A stretch of 64,000 nt of DNA, taken from the NCBI GenBank assembly GCA_015231465.1, contig JADGBO010000001.1, forward strand, positions 1,552-65,551, in the 5' to 3' direction. Made by a program: the position numbers and the translations under genes. Below are positions 1 through 11,950 of this stretch, one piece after another. This DNA is from Desulfamplus sp. (GTDB taxonomy: Bacteria > Desulfobacterota > Desulfobacteria > Desulfobacterales > Desulfobacteraceae). Positions within the stretch are counted from its first letter, which is position 1; each line of letters starts with the position of its first letter. Below the pieces are notes generated by a model. That model saw nothing but the letters and a program-made list of their open reading frames with translations. It was not told the origin of the DNA and did no database searches.

Positions 1-1368
1 CGGGTGATGAACGGTGCCCTTGATATCGAGACCCTCTCTGTGGATTGCATCGCCATCATGGTGACGAAACAGAGCGATCCGAGCGGTGATGTCACAAAAA
101 GGCTTGTGCCCGATGGGTTTCGATATCGTGGGGCGTTTCGTCTGCCGGAAGAGTTGAACTGGGGAGCCCAGGGACTCTCGTATTCTCCTGATGGAAACGG
201 CGGTGCCGGATCGCTCTTCGTCACCGGCCAACAGGCGCCCATAGATGCATCCGGTGCGGTGTGCTACGAAGAGAGCACCGGATGCCAGGTCCATTTTGCC
301 GAGATCGCCATCCCTACCCCCCAAAGCTCAACCGATTGGGAGTCGCTCCCTGCAGCGGAATTTCTACACCCCATGACCCCCTTCGACAACGGTCTGCTGC
401 ATCATCTGAGCTCATATTCCTTTGTCAGCGGGATCGCCTATGTGCCCAGGCAAGGTTCCCAGACCTCCGACAAAATCTATGCGTCATTGAATGCCTGGTA
501 TGCTGAAGGGGTTTTTGGAGAAAATACATTTCCCACCGTCTGGTTCAGTGAACTCGACGGCACCGATCCCAGGGGGCTTTTCCATGTCGGGAACGACATA
601 TCGCCCTACCATGGAAGAAAAATGGGGGACTACCTTTTTACTGTGCCCCAATGGTACGCGGATCAATACCTCGGCGGCAGGATTCTCGTCACCGGAAGAT
701 CAAGAGGAACACCGCTTGAAGGTGAGAATGGAAGTGTGGCTGGCGGCTCCCAGGGGCCGACGCTCTTTGCCTTTCATCCCTTTCAGACGGAGACTCCCCA
801 GGGGAATCTTGATGCCCTTCCCATGATCTACTATCGCTCCAAATATCCCGGATGTGCAGGGCCGGACATCGGTGTTGGCGGTGCCCCTGTGGATTGCGAT
901 TATCCAGGCTTTACCATGTGTGATGCCTGGACCGGGGCAAGCTTCGTCGAAAATGGTGAGAACAGTGCCATCCTGATCAGTGGGATAAAGGGAACAACGA
1001 ACTGCTACTATTGCGGAGACCCCATGGACGATTCAGAGTGTCACCAGGATCCTCTACCCGGTGAATGTGATCTTTTGTGCAATGAATCCAGGGGATACCA
1101 TTGCGGCCCCTATGAACGGCAGATCATTTTTTACGATCCCGATGCTGTGGGACAGGCGGCCCAAGGTCAAAGCGATCCTTGGCGTGTACTCCCCTATACC
1201 ACCTGGCGACCTCAAGAATTCTATCTTGGGGATGCTCAAGGGCACACCTGCGCCGATGTGGGGGGAATGGCTGCGGACAACACCGGTCGACGTCTCTTTG
1301 TTATCGAACGGGGATTTGGTGGTTTCCAAAACGAAAACGCGGCCGTGATCCATGTGTGGAAATATTGA
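1..1368 (+). CDS. Cys/Gly-rich hypothetical protein, probably exported; likely 5'-truncated by the window edge
   Basis: 454-aa ORF open from the window start; many paired Cys; visibly more GC/CpG-rich than the downstream genes; ends ~95 bp from the tRNA 3' end. Confidence 0.7.
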   Translation, partial: RVMNGALDIETLSVDCIAIMVTKQSDPSGDVTKRLVPDGFRYRGAFRLPEELNWGAQGLSYSPDGNGGAGSLFVTGQQAPIDASGAVCYEESTGCQVHFAEIAIPTPQSSTDWESLPAAEFLHPMTPFDNGLLHHLSSYSFVSGIAYVPRQGSQTSDKIYASLNAWYAEGVFGENTFPTVWFSELDGTDPRGLFHVGNDISPYHGRKMGDYLFTVPQWYADQYLGGRILVTGRSRGTPLEGENGSVAGGSQGPTLFAFHPFQTETPQGNLDALPMIYYRSKYPGCAGPDIGVGGAPVDCDYPGFTMCDAWTGASFVENGENSAILISGIKGTTNCYYCGDPMDDSECHQDPLPGECDLLCNESRGYHCGPYERQIIFYDPDAVGQAAQGQSDPWRVLPYTTWRPQEFYLGDAQGHTCADVGGMAADNTGRRLFVIERGFGGFQNENAAVIHVWKY

Positions 1369-1416
1369 CCTTTACCGTAAAAATACCCATAAATTTTTCA
1401 TGAATTGCACCTGAAC

Positions 1417-1452
1417 AAAAAAAGGGTTACAACCGCTTGGCTGTAACCCCTT
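1417..1452 (-). terminator. Intrinsic terminator downstream of tRNA-Lys
   Basis: Minus strand GGGTTACAG-CCAAGCGG-TTGTAACCC followed by T7. Confidence 0.8.
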
Positions 1453-1462
1453 GATTTTATTG

Positions 1463-1538
1463 TGGTGGGCCGTGAAGGGATCGAACCTTCGACCTACTGA
1501 TTAAGAGTCAGTTGCTCTACCAATTGAGCTAACGGCCC
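1463..1538 (-). tRNA. tRNA-Lys (anticodon CTT)
   Basis: Reverse complement GGGCCGTTAGCTCAATTGGTAGAGCAACTGACT-CTT-AATCAGTAGGTCGAAGGTTCGATCCCTTCACGGCCCACCA; 76-nt cloverleaf with encoded CCA. Confidence 0.97.
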
Positions 1539-1557
1539 CAACTCAAAAACAGTGATG

Positions 1558-1586
1558 AACCTAACAGCATTAAGACTCTCTGTCAA
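1558..1586 (-). promoter_or_regulatory. Sigma70-type promoter of tRNA-Lys
   Basis: TTGACA-17 nt-TAGGTT on the minus strand just upstream of the tRNA. Confidence 0.6.
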
Positions 1587-1914
1587 TTGTTTTTTTATGT
1601 TTTTATAAAGAAGTTTTCTTACACCACCGTTATCTTTCAATAATCCCAACCTGCGTGATTTTTCATGAAAAAAACTATTACAAGGGCAGTATCTCTCTTT
1701 AATGCAAATTAAGCTATTGACCTTAAACCTGGGGTTTGATAATTTTTACTGTTTAAAGTGAAGATGCTATTCTGTTTTCATGGCTTTTAATAATCCATTT
1801 TTATGCTATGCACTCAAAATCAACAAATGTCGTCTCTTCATCCTTAATCATAAAAAAAATAATGACAGCTGTGGCCTGACGGCTAAAACAAACAATCACA
1901 TATAAGGACAATAC

Positions 1915-3204
1915 ATGATGAACAATTCCAGATCACAAGAGTTTTTTACACAAGCTTCAAAGGTTATTCCGGGAGGAGTAAACTCTCCGGTAAGGGCATG
2001 TGGCTCGGTAGGGGGGCAGCCTGTTTTTATTGATAAGGCAGATGGAAGTATGATTTATGACGTGGATGGCAACAGCTATATTGACTATGTGGGCTCCTGG
2101 GGCCCCATGATTCTGGGGCATCGTCATCCAGAAGTGATAAAGGCCCTTGAATCTGTACTGCAATCAGGCACAAGTTTTGGTGCCCCCACAGCCCTTGAGA
2201 CTGAACTGGCGTGCCTTTTGATTGATATGGTGCCGTCGGTGGAGAAGGTGAGGATGGTCAACTCGGGAACTGAAGCCACCATGAGTGCCCTGCGTCTTGC
2301 CAGGGGATTTACCGGTCGGGATATCATAATTAAATTTGACGGCTGTTATCATGGTCATGCAGACACCCTTCTTGTGGCGGCTGGATCCGGCGTTGCAACA
2401 CTTGGAATCCCCGGAAGTCCTGGGGTGCCGGAATCTGTCATCAAAAATACCCTCTCCATTGATTATAACAATATTGATAGCTTTACTGAAGTGATGCACA
2501 AGATGGGTGACAAGGTGGCAGCGGTTATTGTGGAGCCCATTGCCGGTAATATGGGAATGGTAAAGCCCATTGCCGGTTTCCATGAAACCCTGCGGGAACT
2601 TGCCACAAAATATGGAGCATTGCTGATCTTTGATGAAGTGATGACTGGATTTCGGGTACACAGGGGATCGGCCCAGGGACTTCTGGGAATTGTGCCTGAT
2701 ATCTCCTGTTTTGGTAAAATCATTGGTGGAGGCCTGCCTGTTGGTGCCTATGGTGGAAGAAGGGATATCATGGATCACATTGCTCCTTTGGGTCCGGTTT
2801 ATCAGGCAGGAACCCTTTCCGGTAATCCCCTGGCAATGGCCGCGGGAATTGCTACACTGAAAGAGATTTCAAGGCCTGGATTTTATGAAGCCCTGGAGTT
2901 GGCAACCGAAAAACTGGTAAATGGACTTGGGGACGCAGCTTCTAATCTTAGAATTGAATTCTGTACCGGCCATGTGGGATCCATGGCAGGCTTTTTTTTC
3001 ACAGCCGGACCAGTTCACAGCTTTAGTGATGCCAAAAAGAGTGATTTAAAGCGTTTTGCATCATTTTACAAAGGAATGCTTGAGCGGGGTATTTACCTTG
3101 CACCATCACAGTTTGAAGCACTTTTTGTTTCTGCCGCACATACGGAAAAGCAGATTCAAAAAACCATTGATGCAGCAGCAGAGACCATGAAAGGGCTTGT
3201 CTGA
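1915..3204 (+). CDS. hemL: Glutamate-1-semialdehyde 2,1-aminomutase
   Basis: [53 protein letters not shown] motifs. Confidence 0.97.
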   Translation: MMNNSRSQEFFTQASKVIPGGVNSPVRACGSVGGQPVFIDKADGSMIYDVDGNSYIDYVGSWGPMILGHRHPEVIKALESVLQSGTSFGAPTALETELACLLIDMVPSVEKVRMVNSGTEATMSALRLARGFTGRDIIIKFDGCYHGHADTLLVAAGSGVATLGIPGSPGVPESVIKNTLSIDYNNIDSFTEVMHKMGDKVAAVIVEPIAGNMGMVKPIAGFHETLRELATKYGALLIFDEVMTGFRVHRGSAQGLLGIVPDISCFGKIIGGGLPVGAYGGRRDIMDHIAPLGPVYQAGTLSGNPLAMAAGIATLKEISRPGFYEALELATEKLVNGLGDAASNLRIEFCTGHVGSMAGFFFTAGPVHSFSDAKKSDLKRFASFYKGMLERGIYLAPSQFEALFVSAAHTEKQIQKTIDAAAETMKGLV

Positions 3205-4685
3205 TGCCAGGGGAATCTTCTGAAAGCATCACAGCGTCTTCTGGAGCAGACTTGTTTAATCCGGCAGGGAACCATATTCCACCCAATGTTCGTAAAATCC
3301 ATCTGATTGCCGCATGCGGGACAGGAATGGGGGCACTGGCCTGCATGCTTGGTGAGATGGGCTTTCATGTGACAGGATCCGATCATAATGTATATCCACC
3401 CATGAGCCATTTTTTAATGGAAAAGGGAGTTACTCTTTTCGATGGATATCGTGCTGCAAATCTTGATAACTCCCCAGATCTGATAGTTATCGGTAATGCC
3501 GTATCCAGGGGCAACGTGGAAGCCGAAGAGGTTCTAAAGAGGGGTATGGCCTACTGCTCCATGCCCCAGGCACTGAACCATTTTGCGGGACATGGCAAAA
3601 AGAAGATCGTGGTCACAGGAACCCATGGAAAAACCACCACAGCCTCTCTAATTGCCCATATTCTTCATTTTGCAGGACTGGACCCCACATTCATGATCGG
3701 GGGCATCATAAAAGGATTCCAGAGTAATTATCGTATAGGAAAAGGTTCCTGGATTATCATTGAGGGGGATGAATATGATACAGCCTTTTTTGATAAGGGA
3801 CCCAAGTTCATGCACTACCCACCGGATGTGGCTGTGATCACTGGAGTGGAGTTTGACCATGCCGACATTTTCAGGGATCTGCCCCACATTAAAGACTTTT
3901 TTCGGAAATTTGTGAATAAGATTTCCCGGGAATCCCTTATTCTGGCATGTGCCCAGGGCAATACGCTGTCCGATATTTTACCGGCTGCAAAATGTCATAT
4001 AGAGTATTACGGCATTAATGAAGAGGAATACCCACTGGCTTGGTCTTTCAGTGGCCTTGCCCGTGAATCTGCAAAAACGAGATTTACCCTTATAAATCCT
4101 GCAAAGGAATCCTGCACAGTTAAAACATCCATGATGGGCAGTCACAATGCACTGAACACAATTGCAGCCTTTGGAGCGGCAAAACGGGCAGGGGTGGCTG
4201 ATGAGGTTATTCTTGATGCCCTGAATCATTTTAAGGGTATTAGAAGACGTCAGGAGATACGGGGCATCAAAAATGGCATTACAGTGATGGATGATTTTGC
4301 CCACCACCCCTCCGCAGTCAGGGAGACCATTGCAGCGGTCAAGCCCTTTTTTACCGGCGGCAGACTCATTGCCGTATTTGAACCGAGAACAAATTCAAGT
4401 ATGCGGGATATTTTTCAGGCTGACTATGCGGCTTCCTTTGATGATGCGGACATTGCCTGTGTTCGAGAGCCTTCCATGCTGGAAAAAATTCCAGAAAATG
4501 AACGACTTTCAACAAAACAGATGGTTATGGATATTGCTAAAAGGGGCGTTGATGCCTTCTATTTTGAAGATACCTGTCAAATAATTGATTTTATCGTCAA
4601 ATCAGCCCGTCCCCAGGATGTGGTGCTTATAATGTCCAATGGTGGTTTTGACAATATTCATGAGCAACTTCTGGAGCAGCTATAA
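3204..4685 (+). CDS. mpl: Murein peptide ligase (UDP-MurNAc:L-Ala-D-Glu-mDAP ligase)
   Basis: IHLIAACGTGMGALA, GSDHNVYPPMS, GTHGKTTT, EGDEYDTAFFDK, DDFAHHP, FEPRTNS. Confidence 0.93.
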   Translation: MPGESSESITASSGADLFNPAGNHIPPNVRKIHLIAACGTGMGALACMLGEMGFHVTGSDHNVYPPMSHFLMEKGVTLFDGYRAANLDNSPDLIVIGNAVSRGNVEAEEVLKRGMAYCSMPQALNHFAGHGKKKIVVTGTHGKTTTASLIAHILHFAGLDPTFMIGGIIKGFQSNYRIGKGSWIIIEGDEYDTAFFDKGPKFMHYPPDVAVITGVEFDHADIFRDLPHIKDFFRKFVNKISRESLILACAQGNTLSDILPAAKCHIEYYGINEEEYPLAWSFSGLARESAKTRFTLINPAKESCTVKTSMMGSHNALNTIAAFGAAKRAGVADEVILDALNHFKGIRRRQEIRGIKNGITVMDDFAHHPSAVRETIAAVKPFFTGGRLIAVFEPRTNSSMRDIFQADYAASFDDADIACVREPSMLEKIPENERLSTKQMVMDIAKRGVDAFYFEDTCQIIDFIVKSARPQDVVLIMSNGGFDNIHEQLLEQL

Positions 4686-4688
4686 TTT

Positions 4689-4859
4689 ATGAAAAGACAG
4701 GTGGTGTTGAGAATTCTGCTGATCGGCATGCTCCATTCATTTTTATATCTATGGTTTGTTCCATTCGTTGTGTTTCCCATGTTTGGCAGCCATGGTATTT
4801 TAACAACGGTGCTGATTGCACTTCTTGTGTCGGTGGCTCTGTTTTGCAGCATGTCATGA
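4689..4859 (+). CDS. Small two-helix membrane protein (56 aa, below the ORF-track cutoff)
   Basis: MKRQVVLRILLIGMLHSFLYLWFVPFVVFPMFGSHGILTTVLIALLVSVALFCSMS; ATG 3 nt after the mpl stop; two hydrophobic segments. Confidence 0.65.
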   Translation: MKRQVVLRILLIGMLHSFLYLWFVPFVVFPMFGSHGILTTVLIALLVSVALFCSMS

Positions 4860-4869
4860 AACGTAGAAA

Positions 4870-4928
4870 CAGACCACCCATGGAGTTGCATGGAGGCAGA
4901 CCACCCATGGAATTGCATGGAGGCAGAC
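4870..4928. repeat. 27-bp tandem duplication
   Basis: CAGACCACCCATGGA(G/A)TTGCATGGAGG twice, then CAGAC. Confidence 0.85.
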
Positions 4929-4981
4929 ATTCATGTGATTGCCTTTTTTTTCAAATATCTTTTTGGAGGATTCTTTAAGGA

Positions 4982-6713
<1,732 letters not shown>

Positions 6714-6759
6714 ACCTGGAACTTTTGAAATACGGGTTGTTGTGACGATTGGCCAACAG

Positions 6760-6873
6760 TAGTTGTATTTTGTAAAATTCATTTTTTTATACAATACTTA
6801 GTTGTGCGTCTGCGATTTTTTGCACATCAACACAACATATCGTGTTTTAATACGTAATTTGCCGAATGTTTGC
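6760..6873. mobile_element. MITE-like element, family E (left end degenerate)
   Basis: Shares ATACAAT..GTTGTG..CACATCAACACAACATATC..TTT(A/G)CCGAATGTTT(A/G)C with 19980..20091. Confidence 0.65.
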
Positions 6874-6919
6874 GATCAACATGACGATTTATATTTAAAA
6901 TTATGGAGCTGTTGTAAAA

Positions 6920-8101
6920 ATGACAATTGCAGCAAAAATTGAGCAGAGTATTGAAAAATCATCCTGGATCAGGAAAATGTTTGAGCAGGGAGCACGACTC
7001 AAGGCAGAGCATGGAGCCGATGCCGTATTTGACTTCAGCCTTGGCAATCCCAATCTTCCACCACCTGAATCTTTTCAAAAAGCACTTGAAACAGTTGCAG
7101 CACAAAAGGATAGCTTTGTACATGGATATATGCCCAATACCGGCTTCCCCTTTGTGCGGGAGGCCATTGCCGGAAGTATCAAAAAGCTGCATGATATAGA
7201 TGTAACTATGAATGACATCATTGTTACATGCGGTGCCGCCGGGGGGTTGAATGTAATTCTCAAATCCCTTCTCAATCCTGGAGAAGAGGTTCTTGTCCCC
7301 CGTCCATTTTTTGTGGAGTACACATTTTATGCAGAAAACCATGGTGGAATCCTTAAAACCGTGCAGACAAGGCAGGACTTTGACCTGGATTTAAATGCCA
7401 TGGAATCGGCCATTACACCTTCAACAAGGGTTGTCCTGATCAACTCCCCCAACAATCCCACCGGTCGGGTTTACTCTGCCCAAACCCTTGGGGCACTTGG
7501 TGATCTTCTGAAACGTAAAAGTGTCCAGTATGGTTCTGTCATATATCTTGTCTCGGACGAGCCCTATCGTAAGATCGTGTTCGATGGTGTGGAGGTTCCC
7601 TCTGTTTTTGAATTTTATAATGACACCATTGTAGTCACCTCCCACTCCAAGGATCTTTCCCTTCCTGGGGAGCGGATTGGATATATTGCCATCAATCCCA
7701 ATGCAAAATATCGTGACAAGCTGGGGCAGGCCATGGCCCTTGCCAACAGGATTCTGGGGTTTGTGAATGCACCCGCCCTCATGCAGCGTATTCTTCCCCT
7801 GATTCAAGGTGCCAGTGTTGAGGTGGCAGCTTATGAAAGAAAACGGGATCTTTTCTGTGAGGGCCTGGCAGCCGCCGGTTACAGTTTTACAAGGCCATCC
7901 GGAGCGTTTTATCTTTTTCCAAAATCCCCCATTGAAGATGATGTGGAGTTTGTCCATGCTCTTCAGGAGGAGCTGATTCTTGCTGTACCGGGAAGCGGTT
8001 TTGGCGGCCCAGGTTATTTCAGGCTTGCCTTTTGTGTGACTGATGAAACTATTTCCCTTGCCATACCTGGATTTCAAAGGGTCATTAAAAGGTTTTCTTG
8101 A
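6920..8101 (+). CDS. Class I/II PLP-dependent (aspartate-type) aminotransferase
   Basis: DFSLGNP, NSPNNPTG, SDEPY, SHSKDLSLPGERIGY. Confidence 0.93.
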   Translation: MTIAAKIEQSIEKSSWIRKMFEQGARLKAEHGADAVFDFSLGNPNLPPPESFQKALETVAAQKDSFVHGYMPNTGFPFVREAIAGSIKKLHDIDVTMNDIIVTCGAAGGLNVILKSLLNPGEEVLVPRPFFVEYTFYAENHGGILKTVQTRQDFDLDLNAMESAITPSTRVVLINSPNNPTGRVYSAQTLGALGDLLKRKSVQYGSVIYLVSDEPYRKIVFDGVEVPSVFEFYNDTIVVTSHSKDLSLPGERIGYIAINPNAKYRDKLGQAMALANRILGFVNAPALMQRILPLIQGASVEVAAYERKRDLFCEGLAAAGYSFTRPSGAFYLFPKSPIEDDVEFVHALQEELILAVPGSGFGGPGYFRLAFCVTDETISLAIPGFQRVIKRFS

Positions 8102-8142
8102 GTATCATTGAACTCCAAAAAAATAAAATCAGGAGAGAGTTA

Positions 8143-8493
8143 ATGCATGAAATGGGAATTGCCCAGCAGATGGTCAATATTGCCCTTGAATCCATACCCC
8201 GGGATATTGTCAATCCAAGAGTAGAAAATCTTAACCTGCGTATTGGAAAGCTGGCTGCTGTTGTGGAAGATAGTCTTAAATTCTGCTTTGAAATAATAAC
8301 AAAAGGCACCCCGCTGGATGGTGCCACCCTTTTAATTGAGTCGGTTCCTGTGAAGGTAAGGTGCAGGGCCTGCTTCCATGGGTGGGAGGTGGAAGGGCCG
8401 GTTTTTACATGCCCTGCATGTAAAGATGGTGCTGTGGATATACTATCGGGCAGGGAACTTGAGATCTCATCCATTGAACTTGCAGATGATTAG
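8143..8493 (+). CDS. hypA: Hydrogenase maturation nickel metallochaperone HypA
   Basis: MHEMGIA start after AGGAG; CRAC and CPAC; SGREL. Confidence 0.94.
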   Translation: MHEMGIAQQMVNIALESIPRDIVNPRVENLNLRIGKLAAVVEDSLKFCFEIITKGTPLDGATLLIESVPVKVRCRACFHGWEVEGPVFTCPACKDGAVDILSGRELEISSIELADD

Positions 8494-8523
8494 ATACGGA
8501 TTAATTAGGGAGCGCTCTAAAAA

Positions 8524-9180
8524 ATGGAAATAAATATTCAGAGAAAGGTTCTTGAAGCCAATGAGACACAAGCGGATAGAAATCGAAAATATTTCAGTGA
8601 AAGAAAGGTCTTTGTGCTGAACATGATGAGTTCACCCGGGTCCGGTAAAACTGAAACCCTGTCCATCACCATTAAAAGGCTTATGCCTCATATCAGGGTC
8701 GGCATCATTGTGGGTGATATCTGTACCCGTAACGATGCTGACCGGCTTGGTGCCACCGGTGCACCTGTGGTGCAGATAAACACAGATCAGTTTGGCGGAG
8801 ACTGCCATCTTGCCGCCCATCTCATTGACAGGGCCGCAAGGGAGATGGATCTGGACTCACTGGATCTTCTCATTGTTGAAAACATCGGCAACCTGGTCTG
8901 CCCTGCGGAATTTGATATTGGCGAAAATGCAAAAGCCGTGGTGCTCAGCGTTACCGAAGGCGAAGATAAACCCCTTAAATATCCACTGATGTTTCAGGTG
9001 GCAGACGTGGCCCTTCTCAATAAAATAGATCTTCTGCCATATCTGGATGTGGATCTGAATCTGGCTGTGGATAATATTCAGAAAGTGCATCCCAAGATTC
9101 CCGTATTTAAAATATCCGCCAAAACCCAGGAGGGTTTTGAAGGGTGGATTGGGTGGTTGAAAGGGTGTGTCAATGGTTAA
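8524..9180 (+). CDS. hypB: Hydrogenase nickel incorporation GTPase HypB
   Basis: MSSPGSGKT, CHL, ENIGNLVCPAEFDIGE, EGEDKPLKYP, NKIDL. Confidence 0.96.
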   Translation: MEINIQRKVLEANETQADRNRKYFSERKVFVLNMMSSPGSGKTETLSITIKRLMPHIRVGIIVGDICTRNDADRLGATGAPVVQINTDQFGGDCHLAAHLIDRAAREMDLDSLDLLIVENIGNLVCPAEFDIGENAKAVVLSVTEGEDKPLKYPLMFQVADVALLNKIDLLPYLDVDLNLAVDNIQKVHPKIPVFKISAKTQEGFEGWIGWLKGCVNG

Positions 9181-9205
9181 TCTTTAAATTGTTTTGGAGG
9201 GACAA

Positions 9206-10237
9206 ATGAAAAAATCGGCTTATGGAATAAAAAAAGCTGCCTTTTCAGGCTCCTGGTACCCTGATGATCCGGAAGAATGCACAAAGAGTATTGAGAAGTT
9301 TCTCCGGGAAGGTGACCGGAGAATAAAATCTTTGAATGGCCTCTTTTCAGGAGGGGTAGTTCCCCATGCGGGATGGTTTTTTTCAGGTTCCATTGCCTGT
9401 GGTGTCATTGCTTCCATAGCATCCTCTCCTTTTTTGAAAAGAGCTCCAATGCCACCTTTGAAAGAAGACCCAATGCCATCTTTGAAAGAAGACCCAATGG
9501 CATCTTTGAAAGCAGATCCAGTGCCACCTTTGAAAGCATGCCCAATGAGATCTTTTATGCCACACGGAGAAGAACCCTCTGCTGAAAAGGTTGATGCTGT
9601 GGTGATTTTTGGAATGCATATGCACCCCCACTCCCAGCCCTGCACCATGGTGAACGGATGCTGGGAAACGCCCCTGGGAAAAATCCCTGTCCATGGGGCA
9701 CTTGCAGGGGCCATTGCAAAACAGATGGAGATTCGCCAGGATTCACCCCTCACCTTTCCCGAGGAGAATACCATTGAACTCCAGTTACCCTTTATCAAGT
9801 ATTTTTTTCCGGATGCAGCCATTGTGCCGGTGGGAGTACCCCCTTCTAATGTGGCAGAATCAATGGGCCGGGGTGTGGTTTCGTGTGCTGATGAACTGGG
9901 AATCAATATTGTGGTTCTTGGGTCCACGGATATGACACATTATGGTGATAGCTTTGGATTCTCTCCCGCAGGTTCGGGTAATGACGCACTTAAGTGGGTA
10001 ACGGATCATAACGACAGGAAAGCCATCCAGGCAATGCTTGAAATGGATGCAGGGGCTATTGTTTCCCATGGGCTTACCAATAGAAGCCTGTGTTGTGCCG
10101 GAGCAGTTTCTGCTGCCGTATCGGCAGTTAAAAAAATGGGTGCAGTCAAGGGTGTCGAGTTTGACTACGCCATAAGCCATGACAAAAGTCCTGGAAAAAG
10201 TTTTGTGGGTTATTCCGGTATTCTTTTTGCTCACTGA
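9206..10237 (+). CDS. MEMO1-family (AmmeMemoRadiSam protein B) protein
   Basis: AFSGSWYP, PHAGWFFSG, WETPLG, ENTIELQLPF, STDMTHYG, VGYSG; has a 24-bp repeat insert. Confidence 0.88.
   Translation: MKKSAYGIKKAAFSGSWYPDDPEECTKSIEKFLREGDRRIKSLNGLFSGGVVPHAGWFFSGSIACGVIASIASSPFLKRAPMPPLKEDPMPSLKEDPMASLKADPVPPLKACPMRSFMPHGEEPSAEKVDAVVIFGMHMHPHSQPCTMVNGCWETPLGKIPVHGALAGAIAKQMEIRQDSPLTFPEENTIELQLPFIKYFFPDAAIVPVGVPPSNVAESMGRGVVSCADELGINIVVLGSTDMTHYGDSFGFSPAGSGNDALKWVTDHNDRKAIQAMLEMDAGAIVSHGLTNRSLCCAGAVSAAVSAVKKMGAVKGVEFDYAISHDKSPGKSFVGYSGILFAH
9446..9550 (+). repeat. In-frame 24-bp tandem repeat (PMxxLKxD, about 4 copies)
   Basis: CCAATGCCA(C/T)CTTTGAAAGAAGAC-like units. Confidence 0.9.
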
Positions 10238-10313
10238 AATTTAAGGCATATTTGGTGCGATCCCCTGAGGTTGACCTTGAAAAGGGAGATGCCAAAATAT
10301 TTTTTTAAAAATC

Positions 10314-10417
10314 GGCATCCTTCACGAGTACTTTACACTTTCTCAAGCCAAGCCCTTTTTTCAGGGACTTCACTCAAAAAAATTGTAAGCTACTTTTATG
10401 GGAATATGAAGGATGCC
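10314..10417. mobile_element. MITE-like element, family F (TIR GGCATCCTTCA)
   Basis: 11-bp terminal inverted repeat; homologous copies at 46956..47058 and, inverted, 56500..56665. Confidence 0.8.
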
Positions 10418-10434
10418 TAAAAATCTATGTTTTC

Positions 10435-11856
10435 TTAAAACCCACCATTTTCAATGTGGGCCATGGCAAGCCTTATCCTATCAACGGTTTTTTTCTGCCC
10501 AAGGGCCAGAATCATCTCAAAAATACCGGGACTGACAGTACCGCCGGTCAGTGCCACCCGAAGGGGTTGTGCAATTTTGCCAAATTTTAGTCCGGTCTCA
10601 TCCATAACTCTTTTCAGGGCATCTTCCAGACCCTTTTCTGTAAAGTTATCATCATCCAGTGCACCAATGCAGAGGGCTGAACGGTTTAGCATATCCAAAG
10701 CATCGGGTTTCAGGAATTTTTTTGCTGCAGCTTCATCCAGCTCAATGATCTCCCTGAAATAGAACATGGATGAATCTGCCATCTCCACCATGGTTTTGCT
10801 TCTCGACTGGAGAGTACCAATGGCCATCACCAAATCCTCTTTTGTCTGGGATGGATCAACAACAATACCTTTTTTTTCCAGGTGGTACAAAAGTGCGGGA
10901 GCCAGCTCCGAAGGAGCCTTGCTATGAATATGTCTGGCATTTAGGGCTGTCAATTTATCCATGTCGAACATGGAGGGTGAGCGACCGATGTGATCCAGTG
11001 AAAACTTCTGGATCAGCTCTTCACGGGTAAAAAATTCCTGATCCCCAAATGACCATCCCAGGCGTACAAGGTAGTTGAGCATGGCATCGGGCAGATAACC
11101 CATCTCCCTGTATTCGCTCACAGACATGGCTCCATGGCGCTTGCTGAGCCGTGCCTTGTCCGATCCGAGGACCATGGGCACATGGGCAAAAAGTGGCATG
11201 AAAGCACCAAGAGCCTTGTATATGAGCATCTGTTTGGGTGTGTTCACAAGGTGATCATCCCCCCTGATTACGGTATTTATCCCCATGGTTATGTCATCCA
11301 CCACCACGGCCAGGTTGTACATGGGGCTGCCATCGCTTCTCTGGATAATGAAATCATCCAGCTCGCTGTTGGGAAAGGCTGTGTTTCCCTTTACCACATC
11401 CTCAACCACCGTGCTTCCTGTTCTCGGTGATTTCAGGCGTACCACCGTGCCAGACTTACCCTCCTTTTGAAGTTCCCTGCATTTGCCGTTGTACATGGGT
11501 TTTTTTCCTGCCGCCTTTGCCTCCTCCCGCATGGCGTTCACATCTTCCTGTGAGCAATCACAATGATATGCGTTCCCTGATTCCACAAGTTTCCGGATAT
11601 ATTCTCTGTATATGTCATATCGCTGTGTCTGGAAAAAGGGGCCTTCATCCCAGTCAATACCCAGCCATTCAAGGGATTCAAAAATAGCATCCACGGACTC
11701 CCTGGTGGATCTTGCCTGGTCTGTATCTTCAATTCTCAATACAAACTTTCCCCCTGTTTTTCGAGCATAAAGCCAGTTGAATAGTGCGGTTCGTGCTCCA
11801 CCTATATGAAGATAGCCGGTGGGGCTGGGAGGAAATCTTGTAACAATAGTACTCAT
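10435..11856 (-). CDS. gltX: Glutamate--tRNA ligase
   Basis: RFPPSPTGYLHIGG, LRIEDTD, RGDDH, LSKRHG. Confidence 0.97.
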   Translation of the reverse strand: MSTIVTRFPPSPTGYLHIGGARTALFNWLYARKTGGKFVLRIEDTDQARSTRESVDAIFESLEWLGIDWDEGPFFQTQRYDIYREYIRKLVESGNAYHCDCSQEDVNAMREEAKAAGKKPMYNGKCRELQKEGKSGTVVRLKSPRTGSTVVEDVVKGNTAFPNSELDDFIIQRSDGSPMYNLAVVVDDITMGINTVIRGDDHLVNTPKQMLIYKALGAFMPLFAHVPMVLGSDKARLSKRHGAMSVSEYREMGYLPDAMLNYLVRLGWSFGDQEFFTREELIQKFSLDHIGRSPSMFDMDKLTALNARHIHSKAPSELAPALLYHLEKKGIVVDPSQTKEDLVMAIGTLQSRSKTMVEMADSSMFYFREIIELDEAAAKKFLKPDALDMLNRSALCIGALDDDNFTEKGLEDALKRVMDETGLKFGKIAQPLRVALTGGTVSPGIFEMILALGQKKTVDRIRLAMAHIENGGF

Positions 11857-11950
11857 GTGGTCTCCATCTGTTATAACGTTTAGATTATGGCGGTTAATGC
11901 AGTCATGTCTTATTTGGGACGGTTGGAAATAACTTGCCCATTCTTAATAT

